DNA of 64,000 nucleotides from a virus (Duplodnaviria; Caudoviricetes): IMG/VR virus record IMGVR_UViG_3300032304_001448, positions 4,207 to 68,206 of that record; one strand, 5' to 3'. Shown piece by piece: positions 56,661 to 64,000 of this stretch (position 1 is its first letter; each line of letters starts with the position of its first letter). The notes under the pieces were generated by a model. It saw only the letters and a program-made list of their open reading frames with translations, ran no database searches and was not told where the DNA came from. The position numbers and the translations under genes were made by a program.

Positions 56661-57631
56661 ATTATTTCCACTCCGGAGACTTGGGGGATGTCCTCTATGC
56701 GCTGCCCTCGGTTAGGGAACTGGGGCGCGGGGATCTCTATCTGAACTCACGCCCTTGGACCGCCAAGATGACCGAGCAACGTGCGGCGGTGTTGCGTCCT
56801 TTACTCGAAGTTCAAGAGTATGTCGGCAAGGTCATCCACGGGGATGCGCCAGCCAACGAGCACTGCGTTAATTTCTCCACCTTTCGTAATGGTGGGTTGA
56901 TCTACGGGGTCAGCTTGATGGAACTGCAAAGCGATTGGGTCAGCGCCAACGCTTCGCCGGAGCCTTGGCTCAAAGTTTCCCCCTCGGTGCGGGCTCGGGG
57001 GCGGGTTGTCTGTCACCGCAGTCCGCGCTACCACAACCCTTACTTCCGGTGGGATCTCATAGGCGAAAAGCTCGGCACGAAGATGCTCTTTGTCGGGTTG
57101 CCGCAGGAGGTCGAAGAACTCCGCAAAGTGACCTCGGTCCACGCGGAATATGCCGTGACCAACGACTACCTCGAACTAGCCAAGCTGATTGCGGGGGCCG
57201 ATCTTTTCATCGGCAACCAGTCAAGCCCGATGGGCTTGGCGATCGGTCTGGGAGTGCCGTTTATCCAAGAGACATGTCTCTGGACGCCCGACTGTCTCTA
57301 CTCGCGAAAAGACGGCACTTATTGTTATGACGGTGGGATATCCCACTTCGAGATCCCGCCGTTCATTCCTCCGCCGGATGTCGACCGCAATGTGCTCCCG
57401 CCCGGAGATTGGCAAGTGGTCTCACGCAGCACGGGCGAGCGTGTCACGCTCAAGAGCCACCGTGCCGCGACCCGCCACCTCCAAAAGACCGACCGCTATT
57501 CCACCGAGGAACAAGCGGCTCAAGAGGTCGATCGGCAGAACGCCCTCCGCATTCCGCATCTTGTCCGGCGCAACTCGACTTTTGAAATCTTCGGCAAAGT
57601 GGCCCCTCTGGTCCACGCCGTTACTGCATGA
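56657..57631 (+). CDS. GT9-like (heptosyltransferase-family) glycosyltransferase
   Basis: SGDLGD.LYALP; L.E.A.LI.GADLFIGNQS.P..LA.GLG.P. Confidence 0.75.
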   Translation: MNYFHSGDLGDVLYALPSVRELGRGDLYLNSRPWTAKMTEQRAAVLRPLLEVQEYVGKVIHGDAPANEHCVNFSTFRNGGLIYGVSLMELQSDWVSANASPEPWLKVSPSVRARGRVVCHRSPRYHNPYFRWDLIGEKLGTKMLFVGLPQEVEELRKVTSVHAEYAVTNDYLELAKLIAGADLFIGNQSSPMGLAIGLGVPFIQETCLWTPDCLYSRKDGTYCYDGGISHFEIPPFIPPPDVDRNVLPPGDWQVVSRSTGERVTLKSHRAATRHLQKTDRYSTEEQAAQEVDRQNALRIPHLVRRNSTFEIFGKVAPLVHAVTA

Positions 57632-58020
57632 CTGACTGTGAAAAAGGCACCTCGGCCGAGGTGAGGTTTATTTATGAAGCCGATGGGCGTGGCTGGAAAG
57701 TCTACGTGCCGCTCGGTCATGCCCATGCCGCCGACCTTGTTATTCTCCGTCCCCCGAAACGACCCATCAGTGTTCAGGTAAAAACCGCGACCTTTAACCC
57801 GCACCGCAATAACTACGGAGTGATGACGAGCCGCGGCAAGAAAACCAAGAAGGCTTATGCTCGTGGCGATTTTCAGATTCTCGCCGCTTGGCTCCCCGAC
57901 TTGAAGCAGTTCGTCCTCTGGCGATTTGACGAGATTAAGAAGAGGAAGAAGATTTACTATTCGCCGCGGCTGCACCGTCAGCCGGATAATTGGGATTTGC
58001 TCGACACTGTGTTAAAGTAA
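57628..58020 (+). CDS. PD-(D/E)XK endonuclease
   Basis: KG...E..F, DLV, VQVKT, Y...DF. Confidence 0.75.
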   Translation: MTDCEKGTSAEVRFIYEADGRGWKVYVPLGHAHAADLVILRPPKRPISVQVKTATFNPHRNNYGVMTSRGKKTKKAYARGDFQILAAWLPDLKQFVLWRFDEIKKRKKIYYSPRLHRQPDNWDLLDTVLK

Positions 58021-58034
58021 TAACTCCGTAAACC

Positions 58035-58790
58035 ATGCTCCTCGTCCTGCCTGTTTCCCAAGTCGACCTCAAGCTCGCCACCAAGCTGGCCGGGCACATG
58101 GCCCTTTTGGGGAACCTTTCTCGGCACAAGCTGCTGGTGGTCGGAGCCTACAATACGAAAGACGAAGCCGCCTCTTTGAAAGAGAGCCTGGCCCCGAGCT
58201 TTGCTTCGGCCGATCTCTTTATTCCTGATAGCGAGTGCGAACTCGGCTGGCCCCAGAGTGCCAACCACCTCTGGGCTCGCACCGTGCGCCACCTCCAGCA
58301 CAGCGGGAACAAGGACACTTGGTATTGGTTTGAGGCCGACAACACCCCGATCCGCGAGGATTGGCTCGACGCGATCGAGACCGAATATAACCAAGCCCAA
58401 AAACCCTTCCTCGGAGCCACCCAAGTGACCCGGATGCTGGATCGTAAGACCGGCGAATTCGTCAAAGTCGACGGCGAGCATGTCATTGGCACCTGTGTCT
58501 ATCCGGCTGATTTTCCGACCCGCTCGCTCTTGTGGAGCTATGTCCGCACCGACGACGGCCCGAATGTCGAACCCTTCGACGTGTATCTCCGCCATGAGAT
58601 GCGCCCGAACACCGCGGTATCACAGTTGATACACAACAACTGGCGCACGAAAAATTACGAGATCGATGAAGATGGGCGTATCTACTGCGATCCGATCGAC
58701 GACAAATCGGTCTACGGCCCTGTGCCGACCAATGCCGCCGTCGTCCACGGTTGTAAAGACGGCTCACTTATCGAAGCCCTGCAAAAATGA
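58035..58790 (+). CDS. glycosyltransferase-like protein
   Basis: GWP...N, W.WFEAD..P....WL, G..VYP, HGCKD; resembles N-terminal domain of 27954-29144. Confidence 0.55.
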   Translation: MLLVLPVSQVDLKLATKLAGHMALLGNLSRHKLLVVGAYNTKDEAASLKESLAPSFASADLFIPDSECELGWPQSANHLWARTVRHLQHSGNKDTWYWFEADNTPIREDWLDAIETEYNQAQKPFLGATQVTRMLDRKTGEFVKVDGEHVIGTCVYPADFPTRSLLWSYVRTDDGPNVEPFDVYLRHEMRPNTAVSQLIHNNWRTKNYEIDEDGRIYCDPIDDKSVYGPVPTNAAVVHGCKDGSLIEALQK

Positions 58791-61108
58791 CAAATTCCGA
58801 ACTAGCCCCTCTTGAAATCCTCGGCCTGGACGAAAACGGAAAGGCTCCGAAGATGCGCGTCGACAACGTCGATTCGGCCCGCTCGATCTACAAAGCGATC
58901 AAGGATTCCGACCAAGGCTCTAGCAAAAACCGCGCCCTGGTTGACGCCATGTTCAATGGTGCCGCCCCTTTCAACCAACAGGATCTCATCGAGATGGGCC
59001 AAGGCGAGCGCACGAATCTCGACTTTGGTGAAGCCTCCGCCCTGAAAGAGCAAGCCCTCGCCGGATACTACGACCTCACCTCGTCCGTCGATGTCTTGGC
59101 TCGTATCTCGATCGATTATGGTTCCCCCGAGCAGAAGGTCGAGTGGGAGCGCATCCTGGCGGAAGAATTCACGCGGACACTTAAAGAGTGGCAGGAATTC
59201 GAGTTCAACCACCAGATGCTCGCCGACCAGTTTGTCTCGCACGGAGTCGGGGTTTGTTATTTTGAGGACGAGGTCGATTGGCGTTGGCGCGTGGCCGGGC
59301 TCTCCGAGTTCCGGTTGCCGCGTGGAACACGCGCTTCCGAGTGGGAGATCGAGGTCGCCACGGTTGATCGCGAATACCAAGCCCACCAGCTTTACAAATT
59401 CATCGAAGACCCCGCCGTGGCCAAAGACCTCGGGTGGAACGTCAAGATGGTGAAACAGGCGTTGATCCGCGCTTGCCGCGACAGTTCGTTCCAAGAGGCC
59501 GGCGAGTGGGAGAAGCTCGAAGTAGAACTCAAGAACAACGACCTCCTCTACGGCAACAGCCGTGGCAAGAAAGTCCATGTCGTCCACATGTGGGTGCGCG
59601 AGTTCGACGGCAAGGTCAGTCACCTCATGTTCCTCAAGGATCCGATCGGCTCGGACGAGAACGCCAAGGAGGAGGACTTCCTCTTCAAGCGCCCGAACCG
59701 TTTCGCCGCCCCGACGAATTGTTTCGTTACTTTTTGCTATGGCGTCGGCAACGGCACCTACCACGGCATCCGCGGGCTGGGATACAAGGTGTATCCACAC
59801 ATCCAGCTTTTGAATCGTCTGCGCTGCGGCATGGTCGATGGTGCGTTGCTCTCTTCGGCCCTGATCGTCCAGCCCGGTGACAATGGCTCCCGTGCCCTCG
59901 AAGATCTGACCCTTTCTTACTACGGCCCCTACGCGCTGTTTCCCCCAGGGCTGAAGATCGTCGAGAAGGCGATCCCGAACTACAACCAGAACCTCATGCC
60001 GGTCTTGAACGACCTCACCATGAACATGCAGAACCGGACGATCGGCTACCAGTCCCGCTCGATCACTCCGGATGGTCAATCCCGCACTGCGTATGAGGTC
60101 CGCGCCCAGTTGCAGCAAGAAGCCGTGCTCGGTGCCGCGGCGATCAACCTTTTCTACCACCCGTGGAAACGTCTCCTTCGGGAAGCCTACCGCCGACTCG
60201 CGGCTCGTGATTACGCCGCTAATGAACCTGGCGGTCGCGAAGCCGTCGATTTCAAGAGGCGTTGCTTGGCCCGCGGAGTGCCAGCCGAAGCCATCCATCG
60301 CTTCAATACGGTCGAGCCCGTTCGTGCCATTGGTTACGGAAGCCCTGGGATGCGCTCGGCCGCTATCGATGAGACGATGCAGATCTTCGGATCGCTCGAC
60401 GAGGCGGGCCGGATCAATCTTCTCCGCGACCGCATCGCCGCCCGCTTCGGTCAGGAAGTGGTCGACCGCTACTTGCCGTCACCTTCAGTAACTCTTCGCA
60501 CTCCTATTGATGACAAGATCGCGATGCTCGAAAACTCCGATCTCTCAATGGGCACGATGTTGCCCGTCAACTCTGGGGAAAATCACTTCATCCACGCCTC
60601 CCGCCATCTGACCTCCCTTGATGGTTTGGATGCCGCAGTCTCGCAAGGCCAAGCGGAGCCCGCGGCGGCAATGAAAGCCTACGCCACGATGATTCCTCAC
60701 CTCGGCCAGCACTTGCAGTTACTCGCAGCCGACGTGGCTCGCCAAGACCAAATCGCACTCATGCGTCAACGCTTTCAGCAGTTGAGTGCCTCGGCCAAGC
60801 GGCTTTCCGATGAGCTTGCCGCTGCCGCCGAACAGCAGGCGAAAGCCGAGCAAGCCGAACAAGCTCGAATGATCGAAGCCGAGCGTGCCCGCATCGCCCA
60901 GATGGAGCAGCAGTTGGCCGAAGCTCAAATGCTCTCACCCAAAGCCCAAGCGGATCTTATCGAGCGCCGGGCTAAACTAGAGATGCAAATCGAGAAGCAC
61001 CAAGTCGATATGCAGACCAAGCAAGCCAAGGTCATGCAGGAGCTTGCCCTCAAAGACGCCAAAACCGCTGCCGAGATTTCACCGGCTGCACAACCGACGA
61101 TGCCGTGA
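58787..61108 (+). CDS. portal protein
   Basis: 773 aa, helical, RTAYEV motif, Q/A-rich barrel-like C-terminus; downstream of terL. Confidence 0.8.
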   Translation: MTNSELAPLEILGLDENGKAPKMRVDNVDSARSIYKAIKDSDQGSSKNRALVDAMFNGAAPFNQQDLIEMGQGERTNLDFGEASALKEQALAGYYDLTSSVDVLARISIDYGSPEQKVEWERILAEEFTRTLKEWQEFEFNHQMLADQFVSHGVGVCYFEDEVDWRWRVAGLSEFRLPRGTRASEWEIEVATVDREYQAHQLYKFIEDPAVAKDLGWNVKMVKQALIRACRDSSFQEAGEWEKLEVELKNNDLLYGNSRGKKVHVVHMWVREFDGKVSHLMFLKDPIGSDENAKEEDFLFKRPNRFAAPTNCFVTFCYGVGNGTYHGIRGLGYKVYPHIQLLNRLRCGMVDGALLSSALIVQPGDNGSRALEDLTLSYYGPYALFPPGLKIVEKAIPNYNQNLMPVLNDLTMNMQNRTIGYQSRSITPDGQSRTAYEVRAQLQQEAVLGAAAINLFYHPWKRLLREAYRRLAARDYAANEPGGREAVDFKRRCLARGVPAEAIHRFNTVEPVRAIGYGSPGMRSAAIDETMQIFGSLDEAGRINLLRDRIAARFGQEVVDRYLPSPSVTLRTPIDDKIAMLENSDLSMGTMLPVNSGENHFIHASRHLTSLDGLDAAVSQGQAEPAAAMKAYATMIPHLGQHLQLLAADVARQDQIALMRQRFQQLSASAKRLSDELAAAAEQQAKAEQAEQARMIEAERARIAQMEQQLAEAQMLSPKAQADLIERRAKLEMQIEKHQVDMQTKQAKVMQELALKDAKTAAEISPAAQPTMP

Positions 61109-61515
61109 ATATCGACGTTACCGGATTACTGACCAACGCGCTTTCGACGGGGCTCTCCTCCGGCGTTCTCAAGACCAATGTGCCTTGGATCGACCGCATG
61201 ATGAAGGGCGCTTCGATTGGAATGTCCGAGGGTTCGGCCGGCGGTAGCCTCGGCGGTCCGGTTGGTGCGGGTTGGGGTGCGTTGGGTGGCGCGGTATTCG
61301 GTGGGTTGGACGGCGCGGTGGACGGGCCGATCTTTCGGGCCAAGACCGGAGGATCTTCCGGTTTCGGAGGTTGGTTTGACGACATGATGCTCGGTGCAAC
61401 CCAAGGCACAGCGCAGGGAAGTTCGATGGGAGGTTGGGGCGCTATCGGCGGAGGAGTCATCGGCGGATTTCAAGGATTGAGCGGCAACCAAATCCAAAAC
61501 CAAAGTTTTCTATGA
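61105..61515 (+). CDS. glycine-zipper protein with internal duplication
   Basis: W.D.MM.GA..G...GS.GG and GAxGG.V.GG units twice. Confidence 0.6.
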   Translation: MNIDVTGLLTNALSTGLSSGVLKTNVPWIDRMMKGASIGMSEGSAGGSLGGPVGAGWGALGGAVFGGLDGAVDGPIFRAKTGGSSGFGGWFDDMMLGATQGTAQGSSMGGWGAIGGGVIGGFQGLSGNQIQNQSFL

Positions 61516-61721
61516 GAGACTACGCACAGGAATATCTTTACCACTCGTCCCCCGAGCAGAAGAAGCGTCGTGCCCAGCGCAACGCCGCCCGTCGCAAGAT
61601 GGAGCGTGCCGGCCGCGTCTCTAAAGGCGACGGCAAGGACGTGCATCATCGCAGCGGGATGAGCAACCACATGTCGAACCTCGCCGTGTTGCCGAGGTCC
61701 GTGAACCGGAGTATTAAGTAA
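61512..61721 (+). CDS. small HNH protein
   Basis: RDY..EY...RA.RNAARR...GDGKDVHH...N..SNL......NRS. Confidence 0.8.
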   Translation: MRDYAQEYLYHSSPEQKKRRAQRNAARRKMERAGRVSKGDGKDVHHRSGMSNHMSNLAVLPRSVNRSIK

Positions 61722-61725
61722 TAAC

Positions 61726-61959
61726 ATGCCATCTTATTATCCAGAAGGAAACACCCCGCTGCGCGAGGACTATACCGAGCGGTCGCTCCAGAAGATCAAT
61801 TCGGTGCTCTACGGCACCAACCCCACCTGGGACGACATTGCGCTTACCTACGCGGGGAGCAACCTGACGAAGGTCGAGTATAAGTTGAACGGCCAGATCG
61901 TCGAGACCCGCAACTTCTCCTACACCGGAACTAATCTCACCCGAGTCCAGAAGAGCTAA
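61726..61959 (+). CDS. small virion-associated protein
   Basis: Two Y.G.NLT.V beta repeats. Confidence 0.6.
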   Translation: MPSYYPEGNTPLREDYTERSLQKINSVLYGTNPTWDDIALTYAGSNLTKVEYKLNGQIVETRNFSYTGTNLTRVQKS

Positions 61960-63828
61960 ATGAGTTGGAGCTTCAATCCCTTTACCGGAAACCTCGATAT
62001 TGTAGGGTCGGGAGGCTCCGTCGTTTTCGAGGGTGAAGTCCCCACCTTTGCCGATTTACCCGTTACGGTCGGCGATCCTGCCATCGGGGCCGCATATCTC
62101 GTGCGGGATTCTACCGGCGTCTGGCTGGTAAACAGACGCCAAGCGGGTATTTATATTCGACGCAACGATGCCGGGCTGGCGACAGACTGGGAATACGGCG
62201 GCGACTACCCGGTCAACAGCGTGAATGGGCAGACGGGGAATGTTTCGCTGACGGCGGCGAATGTGGGTGCGGCATGGGGGCAAGTGTTGAGCCAGCAAAC
62301 CATCACGGGAAACACTCTCCTTGCGGCAGGACGGAATCGCCGCATTACGCTGTTTGCCGTTGGCGTCACGGCGAATGTCGATTTACCACACGACGATAAC
62401 CAAGCGGGCGATGTAGTGACGTTAGTGGGCGCTTTTTCGGTTGCCAGCACGTTGAGCATCCGCAGGGCATCAGTGATGAACGTAGGAAATCCCATTGCGT
62501 ATACCACTGTCGCCACACTGACAGCTTCGGGCCAGAGCTTTACTTTTGTTTCAGACGGCACTGCAACAGGCTGGACTCTACGTTCCGTCGATACCCACGA
62601 CCACGCCGCCGCCGACATCACCAGCGGAACCTTCAACAACGCCCGCATCAATTTCGCGTCACCCGCTGACATCGGCAACACCACGCCCGCCGCAGGCACC
62701 TTCACCGACTTAACTTCCAGTAATCTATTCACCCTCCCAAGCGCCACGCCATCAAATCCTTTGGGCGGTCAAGGCTCGTTGCGCGTAAGCGGCACAGGGC
62801 TAAACACCAAGTTGGTTTATCGGGCGATGGGGGCAACTCCTGTCGATTTTACTGTTGTTAATACGGGCGATTTCGCCGCCCCGCCAGCCATTGGCAACAC
62901 CACCAGAAACACAGGCGCATTCACCACACTTTCCGCCGCGCCCACAAGCGGCTCCGCGCTCACCTTAACAGGCGGCACGGTCACGGCATCGGCTCCGCTG
63001 ATTGACGCAACGCAGACATGGAATAACGGCGCGGTGACGTTCACGGGGTTGCGCGTCAACGTCACCAACACGGCGAGCGGAGCGTCGAGCATACCTGTCG
63101 ATTTCCAAGTGGGTGGCAGCAGTCAATTCCGCGTGCGGCGAAGTGGCGGTGGTGTCGATATTGCTGGGTCATCGTCGGGTGTTCGCATCACCGACTACGC
63201 CATCACGGGTCTTGGCGGCGGACTGCAAATTAACTCCGCCAGCGGTGGCACAGGATTTATTTTTGATAGTGGGCAAATCACCACCGTTGGTTGCTCAATA
63301 TTTGAACAGAGGACTGGCACTACCGCCCAGACCTTCCGCATCTACAACACCTTCACAGACGCATCGAACTACGAGCGCGGCTTCATGCGGTGGAGTTCTA
63401 ATGTTCTACAAATCGGACATGAAGTTGCAGGGACGGGTTCTGTCAGAAGCATGGAGATAACAACGGCAGGCAACCTGTCGCTTCGGTCTTCTATCTCGAC
63501 TGGCAACATGGAGTTTTACACCAGTGGCTCGTTAAGGTGGACTATTGGCGCGTCTGGAAGCATGACATCGGCTGACGGCCTTGCCATCCGCTTTGGAGGC
63601 ACAAGCGCAAGTTTTCCGCGTCTTGTAAATAGTAGTGCTGTTTTGCGTTGCCAACTGGCAGACGGAAGTGCCTACGCAAATTTCGAGGCTTTGCTCCGCG
63701 CCCAAGGCACGGCACCCGCCACCGCAGGCGCGACAGGCACGGCGGGCGATATCCGCTATGACGCTGACTACATCTATGTGGCAACCGCGACGAACACATG
63801 GAAACGTGCGGCCATTGCAACTTGGTAA
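61960..63828 (+). CDS. fibre / head-fibre-like virion protein
   Basis: FNPFTGNLD, VNSVNGQTG.V.L, H.H.AADITSG, IG.TTP..G.FT, C-term GDIRYDADYIYV.TATNTWKR. Confidence 0.75.
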   Translation: MSWSFNPFTGNLDIVGSGGSVVFEGEVPTFADLPVTVGDPAIGAAYLVRDSTGVWLVNRRQAGIYIRRNDAGLATDWEYGGDYPVNSVNGQTGNVSLTAANVGAAWGQVLSQQTITGNTLLAAGRNRRITLFAVGVTANVDLPHDDNQAGDVVTLVGAFSVASTLSIRRASVMNVGNPIAYTTVATLTASGQSFTFVSDGTATGWTLRSVDTHDHAAADITSGTFNNARINFASPADIGNTTPAAGTFTDLTSSNLFTLPSATPSNPLGGQGSLRVSGTGLNTKLVYRAMGATPVDFTVVNTGDFAAPPAIGNTTRNTGAFTTLSAAPTSGSALTLTGGTVTASAPLIDATQTWNNGAVTFTGLRVNVTNTASGASSIPVDFQVGGSSQFRVRRSGGGVDIAGSSSGVRITDYAITGLGGGLQINSASGGTGFIFDSGQITTVGCSIFEQRTGTTAQTFRIYNTFTDASNYERGFMRWSSNVLQIGHEVAGTGSVRSMEITTAGNLSLRSSISTGNMEFYTSGSLRWTIGASGSMTSADGLAIRFGGTSASFPRLVNSSAVLRCQLADGSAYANFEALLRAQGTAPATAGATGTAGDIRYDADYIYVATATNTWKRAAIATW

Positions 63829-63833
63829 CTCTT

Positions 63834-64000
63834 ATGTTGAACAACCCTAATCCCATCACCACGGAACCCGTAGCCGCCAAAGTCTACGACCGCCTGCACG
63901 TTTACGCGCTCAACGCCATCCAGCCGACAGCCAACCCGCAAAGCGGAAGTATCACGGTCGAACTCTTGCCCTCGACGCAAGACGGCGAACTCGCCAACGG
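63834..64000 (+). CDS. hypothetical protein, 3' truncated; paralog of 509-817
   Basis: MLNNPNPITTEPVAAKVYDRLHVYALNAIQPTANPQSGSITVELLPSTQDGELANG. Confidence 0.6.
   Translation, partial: MLNNPNPITTEPVAAKVYDRLHVYALNAIQPTANPQSGSITVELLPSTQDGELAN

Noticed and set aside
1496-60298. Long antisense ORFs (e.g. 1496-2581, 20348-21751, 48282-49247, 55036-56031, 58802-60298)
   Set aside because: Shadow frames of GC-rich genuine genes; no start signals or motifs
1-64000. Stop-codon reassignment explaining the split polymerase or small ORFs
   Set aside because: TAA, TAG and TGA all end clear genes, long genes are intact in code 11, and the polymerase halves are in different frames

Overview
The window is almost a whole (probably circularly permuted) genome of a temperate, GC-rich tailed phage with podovirus-like organisation. 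It begins in the 3' end of the probable major capsid gene. It then runs through nozzle/tail-fibre/adaptor genes and internal-virion (ejection) genes, including a 3640-aa polyvalent protein (1-27.6 kb, +). Next come tRNA-Glu and a minus-strand block of small middle/early genes (27.6-39.5 kb), terS, a tRNA-Met-like gene and an inverted-repeat origin-like region (39.5-41 kb). A minus-strand replication block (primase-helicase, split family A polymerase, SSB, helicase-nuclease, resolvase, small regulators, tyrosine integrase) occupies 41-54.4 kb, followed by terL, glycosyltransferases, portal and a second fibre gene (54.7-64 kb, +). The integrase type and SD-poor, A/C-rich leaders hint at a Verrucomicrobia-like host (inference only). 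The most unusual signals are: (1) protein-like small ORFs nested in the +1 frame of the giant polyvalent gene, next to effector domains bounded by repeated ESRA motifs; (2) a DNA polymerase split inside its exonuclease domain by an 859-nt three-ORF insert flanked by an imperfect in-register direct repeat; (3) 13 copies of TGCTGGCCTCTT punctuating the early gene array; (4) a head-tail adaptor-like protein expanded by seven 104-aa repeats. All family assignments are from motif recognition by eye, not database searches.
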